Source: an uncultured Thalassospiraceae bacterium
GTDB taxonomy: Bacteria > Pseudomonadota > Alphaproteobacteria > Rhodospirillales > JAPHRK01
Length of the DNA: 64,000 nt
Reading direction: 5' to 3'
Assembly (NCBI GenBank): GCA_965368165.1
Contig: CBDULT010000012.1
Span: 65,349-129,348, forward strand
The notes below the pieces were generated by a model that was not told where the DNA came from, did not search any database, and saw nothing but the letters and a program-made list of their open reading frames with translations. This document shows, in pieces, positions 38,486 to 47,446 of this stretch. The position numbers and the translations under genes were made by a program. Every line of letters begins with the position of its first letter. Positions within the stretch are counted from its first letter, which is position 1.

Positions 38486-39103
38486 TTACGTTTCTTTGTC
38501 ATCATCGTGAGGCTGAGACCCCGCCCGAAACCCAATGAGTTTCTGGCAATACCCCAGCGCTTTGTCAGCCAATCCACGAGAAGTCAGGACCAGATGAACT
38601 GTATTATCCCGACCAATTGCGGCGGCAAGCTCAGCACTGTTAAACAGTTCCACTAAGGGGACGTCTGGTGCTAAAGCCTTTATCTTTCTTCTGCCGTCGT
38701 CGGCTCCATCAGCAGCCGCAAACAACAAACTAACCTTACTGTGGTTGATGGTCTGGTCTTTCAGGCAGGCTCTCACTTTTTCGTAGCCCGCAACAACCTT
38801 TCCTGAGCGCCGCCCTAACCCAATAAGATCAAGACACCTGCCAACCAAGAGAGCTTCGATTTTGTCGGCCAAATCAGACGGCACAACAACTTTTTTTCGC
38901 GCTCCTTTGGCGAAGGCATTTTTCCCGCAAGCCGTATTGACCACCTCGCGGGTCGCACTCAACCACAATCCCCGGCCTGGAAGTTTCCCGTCAATATCAG
39001 GGACGACTTCTTCGGTCGGGCCAACCACAAAGCGTATTAGACGTTCCTTAGGAAGAACCTCGCCGGTTACCAGACATTTTCGCTGGGGCTGTCCATCCTT
39101 CAT
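38486..39103 (-). CDS. YlxR (DUF448) RNA-binding domain fused to an L7Ae/YlxQ-like domain
   Basis: RKCLVTGEVLPKERLIRFVV..GKLPGRGLWL (DUF448), followed by GLGRRSGKVVAGYEKV..LLFAAADGADD (L7Ae-like). Sits between nusA and infB. Confidence 0.85.
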   Translation of the reverse strand: MKDGQPQRKCLVTGEVLPKERLIRFVVGPTEEVVPDIDGKLPGRGLWLSATREVVNTACGKNAFAKGARKKVVVPSDLADKIEALLVGRCLDLIGLGRRSGKVVAGYEKVRACLKDQTINHSKVSLLFAAADGADDGRRKIKALAPDVPLVELFNSAELAAAIGRDNTVHLVLTSRGLADKALGYCQKLIGFRAGSQPHDDDKET

Positions 39104-39124
39104 GAGTATCTAATCCGCTCCGCT

Positions 39125-40672
39125 TTATTCTCCGTCGCTACCTTTAGCAGGTTTAGCAACCTCTTCATCTTCAAACCAGTGGGCCCGCGCTGCCATGATG
39201 ATCTCATTGGCCTGATCTTCGTTGATAGAACCTTTGGGAAGGATTTCCATCAACTCGTCAGAGGCCAGGTCGCCAAGATCATCTAAGGTTTTGATCTCTT
39301 TTTCACCAAGAGAAACCAAGTGACCCGGCAAAATACCTTCAAGAGCCGCAACTTCGTCGCTGACGCCAAGTTCTTTGCGCTTGTCTTCCTGTACCTTTTC
39401 CAAGCCTTCTAAGAAGGCGCGGGCACGGGCGCGAAGTTCTTCGGCAACATCGTCATCAAAGCCTTCAATGGTTGCCAAGTCAGCGCGAGGGACGAAAGCG
39501 ACTTCTTCCACTTCTGAGAACCCTTCGGTAACCAGCAGGTGGGCGATAACGTCTTCAACGTCGAGGGCTTCAACAAACATTTGAGAAAGGCGGTTGAATT
39601 CTTCAACCCGGCGCTCAGACTCGGTGCTCTCGGTGAGAATATCAATGTCCCAGCCGGTTAGCTGAGAACCCAAACGAACGTTTTGTCCACGGCGACCAAT
39701 GGCAAGGCTCAATTGGTCATCGGGTACAACCACTTCAATTTTATCGGCTTCTTCATCGAGAACAACTTTAGCAACCTCTGCAGGAGCCAATGCATTCACG
39801 ATGAAAGTTGCCGGATCTTCCGACCATTGAATGATGTCAATTTTTTCGCCCTGCAGCTCACCTACAACGGCTTGAACACGAGAGCCTCTCATACCAACAC
39901 AAGCACCAACAGGGTCGATGCTGCCATCGTTGGAAAGAACGGCAATCTTCGCTCTGGAGCCAGGATCACGGGCTACGGATTTGATTTCAATGATACCATC
40001 ATAAATTTCTGGCACTTCCTGGGTGAACAGACTGGCCATAAATTGAGGATGGGTCCGGGAAAGGAAAATTTGCGGCCCCCGCTGTTCTTCACGAACATCA
40101 AGGATATAGGCGCGAATCCGGTCACCGTTATTAAAATGCTCACGCGGAATGGTTTCGTCCCGACGGAGGAAGGCTTCAGCCCGACCGAGGTCAATGGTCA
40201 CGTTGCCAAATTCAACCCGTTTGATCACGCCGTTAATGGTTTCCCCGATGCGATCTTTATATTCGTTGAACTGACGTGCCCGCTCGGCGTCACGTACTTT
40301 CTGAACGATAACCTGTTTTGCCGTTTGGGCAGCGATGCGCCCAAAGTCGATGGGAGGCAGCGGATCAACCAAGAATTCACCGAGAACGGCGTCTTCTTTA
40401 ATGGCTTGAGCTTGTGCCAAAGTGGCCTGCATCGCCTCGTCTTCGACTTCCTCGACAACTTCTGTGTAACGGGCAAGAGTTATCTCACCTGTTTTTTTGT
40501 CGATGGCAGCACGGATGTCCCTATCGTGGCCGTACTTAGAGCGTCCGGCTTTCTGGATAGCTTCTTCCATGGCTTCGAGCACTTCATCGCGCTCAATGCC
40601 TTTATCTCTTGCTACGGCATCAGCCACTTGAAGCAATTCTGGGCGCGGAAGCCCCGCGGTCATTTCACTCAT
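39125..40672 (-). CDS. nusA: Transcription termination/antitermination factor NusA
   Basis: S1 and two KH domains (GACVGMRGSRVQAVV, AIGRRGQNVRLGSQLTGWDIDI) plus C-terminal acidic repeats. Confidence 0.97.
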   Translation of the reverse strand: MSEMTAGLPRPELLQVADAVARDKGIERDEVLEAMEEAIQKAGRSKYGHDRDIRAAIDKKTGEITLARYTEVVEEVEDEAMQATLAQAQAIKEDAVLGEFLVDPLPPIDFGRIAAQTAKQVIVQKVRDAERARQFNEYKDRIGETINGVIKRVEFGNVTIDLGRAEAFLRRDETIPREHFNNGDRIRAYILDVREEQRGPQIFLSRTHPQFMASLFTQEVPEIYDGIIEIKSVARDPGSRAKIAVLSNDGSIDPVGACVGMRGSRVQAVVGELQGEKIDIIQWSEDPATFIVNALAPAEVAKVVLDEEADKIEVVVPDDQLSLAIGRRGQNVRLGSQLTGWDIDILTESTESERRVEEFNRLSQMFVEALDVEDVIAHLLVTEGFSEVEEVAFVPRADLATIEGFDDDVAEELRARARAFLEGLEKVQEDKRKELGVSDEVAALEGILPGHLVSLGEKEIKTLDDLGDLASDELMEILPKGSINEDQANEIIMAARAHWFEDEEVAKPAKGSDGE

Positions 40673-41169
40673 TGTCCCGCCTTACGTCCTTGTTGTTTCG
40701 TTGCTTTAATCATGTCGTCAGTGATAACCAATTTTGCTCGACTAATATCGGCAAAAGCCACGACCACCACATCATCTCCAACGTTCATCTTCACCATGCC
40801 GTCTTCAATTCCGTCGAGGCAGCCTTTAAACCGCCTTTGACCGTCTATAGGACGGGCTAACTCAATTTTTGCCACTTGACCGGAAAACCGTTCATAGTCG
40901 CGTTCACGCACCAAAGGTCTATCCAGACCCGGCGAGCTGACTTCCAGCGTGTAGGCACCATGAATAGGGTCTTCCACATCAAGGATCGCTGAAACGGCTC
41001 GACTGATTTCGGCACAGTTTTCAACAGTCATGGCGTTCTCGTCTTTACGCTCTGCCATGATTTGCAAAATACTGCCTTCTTGCCCCATCATTTCTATTCG
41101 AACGAGGGTAAATCCCATATCGTCCAAAGTAGGTTCAATCAGGCGTTCGATTTTTGCAGGGTTTCCCAT
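40669..41169 (-). CDS. rimP: Ribosome maturation factor RimP
   Basis: LEVSSPGLDRPL motif; 4-nt overlap with nusA. Confidence 0.93.
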   Translation of the reverse strand: MGNPAKIERLIEPTLDDMGFTLVRIEMMGQEGSILQIMAERKDENAMTVENCAEISRAVSAILDVEDPIHGAYTLEVSSPGLDRPLVRERDYERFSGQVAKIELARPIDGQRRFKGCLDGIEDGMVKMNVGDDVVVVAFADISRAKLVITDDMIKATKQQGRKAGQ

Positions 41170-41389
41170 GCTTGCCTTTATCAGTCTGGTGTCATTTCTC
41201 AGGCTGTATTTTCAAGAATCGGATCTTGAGAATGCCTAGCCCATAAACAAAAAAGAAGCGGGCCGTTGCCCACTTCCACTTAAACCTGAAGTGCATCCAG
41301 GCCTTCAATAAATCTGTGTTGTGGGTGTTATAAATGAGTTTCCGTGAAACTCAAGCGATTTTGTTAGATTTGCTATATGCAAACCCTTA

Positions 41390-41511
41390 GCCCCTCAAGT
41401 GCCGGGCGGGGGCTTTGTTGGACGCAAGCCTAAATGTTTGCTGCGTTCAAGTGCCACGTAGGCTCACGGCGACATGGGTCGCCGGACCCGCAGGCGCGGC
41501 CCTTGGGGGAG
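41390..41511 (+). repeat. Intergenic repeat family B, copy B2
   Basis: GCCCCTCAAGTGCCGGGCG..GCTGCGTTCAAGTGCCACGTAGGCTCACGGCGACATGGGTCGCC..; aligns with 26584..26705. Confidence 0.88.
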
Positions 41512-41537
41512 CTAATGCTTGATACTCTTTTTTTGAA

Positions 41538-41610
41538 TGGGCTATTGAGGCCCTGCCCGACCATTCGGGCGTGAGCCAAGCGCGAAAAGCGCGCCCGGCA
41601 CCTGTGGGAC
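41538..41610 (-). repeat. Intergenic repeat family A, copy A5
   Basis: Reverse complement: GTCCCACAGGTGCCGGGCGCGCTTTTCGCGCTTGGCTCACGCCCGAATGGTCGGGCAGGGCCTCAATAGCCCA. Confidence 0.9.
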
Positions 41611-41621
41611 TAAATACCAAA

Positions 41622-42320
41622 CTATCTCACTTTCCGAAGGAAAGTGAGATAACTGCTTTTAATACCCTGTTTGAGAGCCTTCGCCTCATAGCGCGTTTCG
41701 GGCCAATCGTTGGGGCGGGTGCGCCAGTCGCTGGGTTTTTTGGCGGTCCATTGAAAACGGTCATCCGCTGTCAGATGGCGCAAAGCCCAGCGGACATATC
41801 CGGTATGGTCGCTGCCAAAACGGAGCTCGGCATTGTCTTTAAGGAGGCGCGCAATAGCGTCCATATTTTCGGGCGAGATAAAGCGACGGCGGTGATGCTT
41901 TTTCTTAGGCCAGGGGTCGGGGAAGAGAATAAATAGACGCGCGATGGATGCATCGGGCAGGGAATCGAGTAAGGGTCGGGCGTCGTCATCGAGGATACGA
42001 ATATTTTTGAGATTTTTCGCGTCGATATGATGGAGAGCGCTGGCAACGCCATTAATAAAAGGCTCGCAACCGATCAAGCCAATCGCTGGGTTCATCTCCC
42101 CTTGGGCCGCAAGATGTTCGCCGCCGCCAAAACCAATTTCTAACCAGATATCGTCTACGGGTTTGTCAAATAAGGAGTTGGGGTCGAGAGTTTCCCCTTT
42201 AGCTGGGGCGACGACCCTAATGGTTGGCAAGAGGTCATCGACCAATTTTTGACGGCTCTCACGAAGCTTATGTCCGCTCCGGCGTCCGTAAAATCGCCGA
42301 TGTTCTTTTTGGTCTGTCAT
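41622..42320 (-). CDS. trmB: tRNA (guanine46-N7)-methyltransferase
   Basis: LEIGFGGGEHL, FPDPWPKKKHHRRRF. Confidence 0.94.
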   Translation of the reverse strand: MTDQKEHRRFYGRRSGHKLRESRQKLVDDLLPTIRVVAPAKGETLDPNSLFDKPVDDIWLEIGFGGGEHLAAQGEMNPAIGLIGCEPFINGVASALHHIDAKNLKNIRILDDDARPLLDSLPDASIARLFILFPDPWPKKKHHRRRFISPENMDAIARLLKDNAELRFGSDHTGYVRWALRHLTADDRFQWTAKKPSDWRTRPNDWPETRYEAKALKQGIKSSYLTFLRKVR

Positions 42321-42337
42321 ATCTTTATCGGCTTTTA

Positions 42338-42380
42338 TAAAAGCTTCCTGTCGCCCTTAATTGATTAAGAGCGACAGGAA
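42338..42380 (-). terminator. Rho-independent terminator after metK
   Basis: TTCCTGTCGC / GCGACAGGAA 10-bp stem with a 16-nt loop, followed by GCTTTTAT on the minus strand. Confidence 0.65.
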
Positions 42381-42394
42381 TTCGTGAACGGCTC

Positions 42395-43561
42395 TTAACA
42401 AGCAGCTTTAATTTTGTCAGCTAAGTCTGTGCTCTCCCAAGAGAACCCACCGTCAGTTTCTGATGGGCGACCGAAGTGGCCATAAGCAGCGGTCCGGGCA
42501 TAGATTGGACGGCTAAGGGCAAGGTGCTCACGGATGCCGCGAGGCGAGAGGTCCATAAGGTCTTGCAGAATTTTAGCCAGCTTGTCTTCATCCACTTGTC
42601 CGGTGCCGTAGGTATCTACGTAAACAGAAAGAGGTTTGGAGACGCCGATGGCATAGGCCAACTGAATGGTGCAACGCTCTGCGGCACCAGAAGCAACCAC
42701 GTTTTTCGCCAGGTAGCGAGAAGCATAAGCCGCTGAACGGTCAACCTTGGTGGGGTCTTTACCTGAGAAAGCACCGCCGCCATGAGGGGCTGCGCCGCCA
42801 TAGGTATCAACGATGATTTTGCGACCTGTGAGGCCTGCATCACCGTCTGGACCACCAATAACAAAACGTCCGGTGGGGTTCACGTAGAATTCTTCATCAG
42901 GGCACATCCAGCCGTCGGGAAGAACCTTCTCAACGTAAGGACGAACCAATTCACGAATTTCATCTTGAGTAAGGTCTTCAGCATGCTGGGTTGAAACCAC
43001 CACCGAGGTGGCTTTTACGGGTTTACCGTCAACATATTGCAGGGTCACCTGGCTTTTTGAGTCTGGCTCTAGGCCTTTTGCAGCACCGCTGTGACGGGCA
43101 ACAGCCATTTCTTTCAAAATATTATGTGAAAAAGCTATGGGAGCTGGCATTAACTCTTCGGTTTCGCCACAGGCGTAGCCAAACATAATACCTTGGTCGC
43201 CTGCCCCTTCGTCTTTATTGCCAGCAGCATCAACGCCTTGAGCAATATCAGAAGATTGTGAGTGAACATAGACATCGACAGAGGCATTTTCCCAATGGAA
43301 GCCCTCTTGCTCATAACCGATATCTTTAACCGCATTACGGGCCAAGTCTTCCATAACGGATTTGGTGATTGATGCCGGGCCACGGACTTCACCGGCCAAA
43401 ACAATTTTGTTGGTGGTGGTCAGGGTTTCAACGGCGACACGAGAAAGAGGGTCGGCAGCAAGAAAGGCATCGACAATTTCATCAGAGATGCGATCAGAAA
43501 CTTTATCGGGATGTCCTTCAGAGACGGATTCGCTGGTAAAAAGATAGTCAGATTGAGACAC
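42395..43561 (-). CDS. metK: S-adenosylmethionine synthase
   Basis: [47 protein letters not shown] start preceded by GGAAGGA. Confidence 0.97.
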   Translation of the reverse strand: MSQSDYLFTSESVSEGHPDKVSDRISDEIVDAFLAADPLSRVAVETLTTTNKIVLAGEVRGPASITKSVMEDLARNAVKDIGYEQEGFHWENASVDVYVHSQSSDIAQGVDAAGNKDEGAGDQGIMFGYACGETEELMPAPIAFSHNILKEMAVARHSGAAKGLEPDSKSQVTLQYVDGKPVKATSVVVSTQHAEDLTQDEIRELVRPYVEKVLPDGWMCPDEEFYVNPTGRFVIGGPDGDAGLTGRKIIVDTYGGAAPHGGGAFSGKDPTKVDRSAAYASRYLAKNVVASGAAERCTIQLAYAIGVSKPLSVYVDTYGTGQVDEDKLAKILQDLMDLSPRGIREHLALSRPIYARTAAYGHFGRPSETDGGFSWESTDLADKIKAAC

Positions 43562-43698
43562 AACTGGTCCTTCCGGTAATTAGGGTCCAAATTTGTGTGG
43601 AAGTTTGGGGCTTAGGCCATACTTGTCCACTTAGTGCCATTTTTTTACGTGGTGGCAAGTAGTGCAAATCCCCACGGTTGCTTAAGTTAACCAAAGCA

Positions 43699-43731
43699 AC
43701 GGGGCCTTTTCGCATTTGGAAAAGGCCCCGT
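43699..43731 (-). terminator. Hairpin terminator between the XRE-family gene and metK
   Basis: ACGGGGCCTTTTC / GAAAAGGCCCCGT 13-bp perfect stem with a 7-nt loop; weak U-tract (GCTTTGGTT). Confidence 0.6.
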
Positions 43732-43746
43732 CAAGCTTTAGTATAT

Positions 43747-43821
43747 GCCCTCAGTCGCCGGATGGGTCAGTCGACCCCTTGGGCTTACGCCGAAATGATT
43801 CGGCGGGGCCTCAATGGCCCA
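43747..43821 (+). repeat. Intergenic repeat family A, divergent copy A6
   Basis: GCCCTCAGTCGCCGGATGGGTCAGTCGACCCCTTGGGCTTACGCCGAAATGATTCGGCGGGGCCTCAATGGCCCA. Both hairpins are retained with different stem sequences. Confidence 0.8.
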
Positions 43822-43849
43822 TTGTAGAACAGGTGCTGTGCACCAAAAA

Positions 43850-44404
43850 CTATTCTTCGTCGGCGGCGTTGGCCAATGATTTGGTTAGCTCAAATAAACG
43901 TTTGCGAACAGATTCATTAGTTACCCGGTAATAGGCCCGAACCAGCTCCAAAGTTTCCCGACGCGTTAGAGGATCAGCATCTTCTTCATCTGGGTTGATG
44001 GCAACGGGGCGGCCTTCACGAAGGTCGTCGTTCATGTCGTCATAGAAGAAAGAGATTGGCACATCTAAAACACGGCTGAGATCGTAAAGACGGCTGGAAC
44101 CGATCCGGTTGGCTCCCCGTTCGTATTTTTGGATTTGCTGGAAGGTCAGGCCAATCGCTTCGCCTAATTTTTCCTGACTAAGACCTAATAACGTCCGGCG
44201 GAGTCTGACCCGACTACCCACATGGATATCAACAGGGTGAGGTTTGCCCGGAACGCGGGGTTCAATATAAACTTGTTTCGCTGCTGGTCCGCTTCTTGAT
44301 TTGCTCACGGTTATATTCCCATAAATGTTGCCGCCTACGTATAGGTGGTTGGTGAAGGAGGGAGATTCTCCAATTTGTATATCAATAAACACAGGATAAG
44401 CCAC
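43850..44404 (-). CDS. XRE-family helix-turn-helix protein
   Basis: HTH LGLSQEKLGEAIGLTFQQIQKYERGANRIGSSRLYDLSRVL. Both candidate starts are GTG (44404 and 44308), so the 5' end is uncertain. Confidence 0.8.
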   Translation of the reverse strand: MAYPVFIDIQIGESPSFTNHLYVGGNIYGNITVSKSRSGPAAKQVYIEPRVPGKPHPVDIHVGSRVRLRRTLLGLSQEKLGEAIGLTFQQIQKYERGANRIGSSRLYDLSRVLDVPISFFYDDMNDDLREGRPVAINPDEEDADPLTRRETLELVRAYYRVTNESVRKRLFELTKSLANAADEE

Positions 44405-44473
44405 CTAGGACGGGTAGGTCAACAAATAATTAATACTAAAGTATGTATATACTAAAGTATGTAATTTGGGGTC

Positions 44474-46021
44474 CTAAAGGGCTCTGCGATGGAGGAAAAA
44501 AGCCAGGGCAAAAGAAAATACAAGCAAAATACCTAGAAGGAAATTATGGTAAGTACTGTAAGGGGTTGGGTTGCTCAAAGCTTGGGGTAGGCGGCTATCA
44601 AGGACAGCCTGTTGGCCTAAGTCAAGCTGGGCAATATTTCTTCCGTAGGCATCGAAAACAGCGGAGATACCCGTATTGGCTGCTCTTATGAGGGGGATTC
44701 CTTCTTCAACAGCCCTGATTTTAGCACTGGCTAGATGCTGATAAGGCCCCGAACTTTTCCCAAACCAGGCATCATTTGTTAGGTTGAGGAACCATTCAGG
44801 GCGATTTTGAGGGCTGTAAAGCTCTCCGGGAAAGATCACTTCATAACAGATGAGAGGGCTCAGAGCAGGTAAGCCAGGAATTTGTAAAGTACTGGGGCCG
44901 GGACCAGGGGTGAAATCGGTCCCCCCCAGGTTAAGGTTTCCCCAAGTCAGGAGAGAACGAAAAGGAACATACTCCCCGAAAGGAACAAGGTGATGTTTAT
45001 CATAACGAGCGACAATTTGCCCTTTATCGCTAATGGCTAGGATACTGTTATAAACTCTAAAGGGACCATCATCTTTAGCCGATGCACTGGGGCTGCCTGT
45101 AATGAGAAGACTCTCTTTTGCTAAAATACTCCCAATATGGCCCAGCCGCGCTTTATCAGTGGCGAGAAAGAAAGGAACGGCTGTTTCGGGCCATATAATG
45201 TGGGTGGGAGGTTTCTCTTGATCGCCTCTGGGATCGGCACTCATGTAGAGAAGTTTAAGGAAATGCTCCTGGCGAAGATCCCGTTTCCACTTGTCTTGCT
45301 GAGCAATATTTGGCTGAACGATACGGAGTTTGATATCATCAACATAGGTCGTCTCACTACCCGACAGCCGAATTTCCCCTCCCGCCCAAAAGACCAAAAG
45401 TAAAACATAAGGAAAAATCGCGGCTATCTTATAGTTAGAAGTTAGAAGGGCTGGAGAAGCTGCGGCAAGAACCGTAAAAAGGCTTAAGCCAAAAGCACCA
45501 AAAAGAGCCGTGGATTGGAGCAGGGGGTCCGAGAAGGCCCAGACGGAACCGAGTTGGTTCCAGGGAAACCCGGTAAAAATCCAGCCCCGAACCCATTCAA
45601 AGCCTGTCCAACAAGCGGCCAAGTTCAGCAGACCTGCAAGGCCTCGAGGTTCGATAAGCCAACAAAGCAGGGTGGATAAGCCAATAAATATTGCCAATCC
45701 TGCCGCAAGACCGATGATGGCGAAAGGTGCCATCCAGCCATGGGTCGCGGCATCGACAAAAAACGAATGAGCAATCCAATAAAGTCCAACAGAGAAATAG
45801 CCCAGGCCAAACCACCACCCCAAAGCAAAGGCGGCCTTTTTTGTGATGACTTCTTCAAGGAGCCACAACAAGAAGGTAAGGCCAGGGATCAGGAGGAAAA
45901 CCAGATAATAAGGGGGGAGGGCGGTTCCGGCTAAACAGCCAAGAACGAAGAGGAAAAACCGGAGTTGCCATTTGCTAAAGGCAAAAACCTTGCTTTTCAA
46001 TCGGTCCAGGAAATTTAGCAA
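44474..46021 (-). CDS. lnt: Apolipoprotein N-acyltransferase
   Basis: Multi-TM N-terminus and CN-hydrolase domain (LICYEVIFPG, NLTNDAWFG). The ORF-track start is TTG, so the exact start is uncertain. Confidence 0.92.
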   Translation of the reverse strand: MLNFLDRLKSKVFAFSKWQLRFFLFVLGCLAGTALPPYYLVFLLIPGLTFLLWLLEEVITKKAAFALGWWFGLGYFSVGLYWIAHSFFVDAATHGWMAPFAIIGLAAGLAIFIGLSTLLCWLIEPRGLAGLLNLAACWTGFEWVRGWIFTGFPWNQLGSVWAFSDPLLQSTALFGAFGLSLFTVLAAASPALLTSNYKIAAIFPYVLLLVFWAGGEIRLSGSETTYVDDIKLRIVQPNIAQQDKWKRDLRQEHFLKLLYMSADPRGDQEKPPTHIIWPETAVPFFLATDKARLGHIGSILAKESLLITGSPSASAKDDGPFRVYNSILAISDKGQIVARYDKHHLVPFGEYVPFRSLLTWGNLNLGGTDFTPGPGPSTLQIPGLPALSPLICYEVIFPGELYSPQNRPEWFLNLTNDAWFGKSSGPYQHLASAKIRAVEEGIPLIRAANTGISAVFDAYGRNIAQLDLGQQAVLDSRLPQALSNPTPYSTYHNFLLGILLVFSFALAFFLHRRAL

Positions 46022-46031
46022 GGGGGATGCC

Positions 46032-46937
46032 TCAGTTTATATCATCGGTGGGTTTTGGCTCTCGGATTCGGAGGCGATATACCCGACGCGGATCGGCTTC
46101 CAGAACTTCAAATTCCCAGCCTGAAGAGTGAGTGATTAGTTCTCCTCGGCCTGGAACGCGACCAGCTACTGTAAAGACAAGTCCTCCCAGTGTATCTATA
46201 CTCTCACGTTCTTCATGGGTAATGACATCACCAAATTGATGCTCAAAGGCCTCTAAAGTAACACGGGCATCAGAATCAAAAGCCCCGTCACTTTGGGGAA
46301 TCAATACGGGTTCTTTATCATTATCGTGTTCGTCCTCAATCTCGCCGACTATTTCTTCGACCAAATCTTCGATGGTGACCAACCCGTCAGTGCCCCCATA
46401 TTCATCAACAACCAACGCCATATGTACCCGGGTTAACCGCATTTCCAGTAAAAGTTCAAGAACCCGCATAGAAGGAGAAACAAAGAGCAACCGCCGGGCA
46501 ATTGTTTCTACTTTAAAATCCTGGTTGTCGCGATTGACCGCTAGAAGGTCTTTGATATGGAGCATTCCTAAAACGTTATCTAAGGACCCTCGAATGACGG
46601 GAACCCGTGAGTGGCCTTCTTTGATGATCACTTGCACAATTTCATCAAGGGGGAAATCTGCCTCGACGGCGATAATATCAGCCCGGGGAACCATGACATC
46701 GTCCACGGTGCGATCTCTAAGATTTAGAATATTTTCCAGCAAAACCCTCTGATCATCGGCAATTGCAGCCTCAGGCTCTTCGCTCTCATCAATCTCACCG
46801 ATGAGTTCTTCCAGGGTTTCGCGAACTGTTGTTTCGCCATTTTTGACAGATTTGACCCATGGCAACCATTGTAACAAGCCGCCATTGCCACTGGAAATTT
46901 CGTCTTCTGGTTTTTTATCGTTCGTATTATCGTTCAT
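46032..46937 (-). CDS. corC: CBS-pair / CorC_HlyC domain protein (CorC/TlyC family)
   Basis: VDDVMVPRADI, HSRVPV, DEYGGTDGLVTIEDLVEEIVGEIEDEHD. Confidence 0.92.
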   Translation of the reverse strand: MNDNTNDKKPEDEISSGNGGLLQWLPWVKSVKNGETTVRETLEELIGEIDESEEPEAAIADDQRVLLENILNLRDRTVDDVMVPRADIIAVEADFPLDEIVQVIIKEGHSRVPVIRGSLDNVLGMLHIKDLLAVNRDNQDFKVETIARRLLFVSPSMRVLELLLEMRLTRVHMALVVDEYGGTDGLVTIEDLVEEIVGEIEDEHDNDKEPVLIPQSDGAFDSDARVTLEAFEHQFGDVITHEERESIDTLGGLVFTVAGRVPGRGELITHSSGWEFEVLEADPRRVYRLRIREPKPTDDIN

Positions 46938-47446
46938 GACAGATCATTATAAGGGTTTAAAACCCCCAATCCATTAAGAATTTTTGCTTCAAGTTGTTCC
47001 ATTTCCTCGGCATCTAGATCTTCCTGGTGGTCAAAGCCTAAAAGATGGAGGGTTCCATGTACAATAAGATGAGCCAAATGGTCAGCAAATAGTTTTGATT
47101 GCTCCACAGCTTCTCTTTGAGTGGTTTCAAAGGCAACAGCGATATCCCCAAGGACAATGGGTTCACCAACAGGAGGAAGAGGGGTGTCGCATTCAAGGGC
47201 GGCAAAAGACAGCACGTTAGTTGGTTCATCTTTGCCCCGGTAATCATGGTTAAGCTTTTGAACTGCCCCATCATCCGTCAGCAAAAAGCTGATTTCCAGA
47301 GGGTAATCTTTAAGCTCTCCTTCAGGAGAGCGCCCCCCTTTAAGAGCCGCGTGAGCGGTTTTAAAGATGAGGTCTTCCACATTGGGCAATGTTTCTAGCC
47401 AGGGAGCCTCTTCGATTGAGAGGGACAGAATAGGTCTTGTGAACAT
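46934..47446 (-). CDS. ybeY: rRNA maturation endoribonuclease YbeY
   Basis: HLIVHGTLHLLGFDH zinc motif. 4-nt overlap with corC. Confidence 0.95.
   Translation of the reverse strand: MFTRPILSLSIEEAPWLETLPNVEDLIFKTAHAALKGGRSPEGELKDYPLEISFLLTDDGAVQKLNHDYRGKDEPTNVLSFAALECDTPLPPVGEPIVLGDIAVAFETTQREAVEQSKLFADHLAHLIVHGTLHLLGFDHQEDLDAEEMEQLEAKILNGLGVLNPYNDLS

Noticed and set aside
39683-40840. 385-aa ORF on the plus strand.
   Set aside because: It lies entirely antisense to nusA and rimP, whose identities are unambiguous. The translation is low-complexity with no recognisable motifs. This is a typical shadow ORF in a GC-biased coding region.
41571-41936. 121-aa plus-strand ORF.
   Set aside because: It starts inside repeat A5 and runs antisense through trmB. 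It has no independent support.
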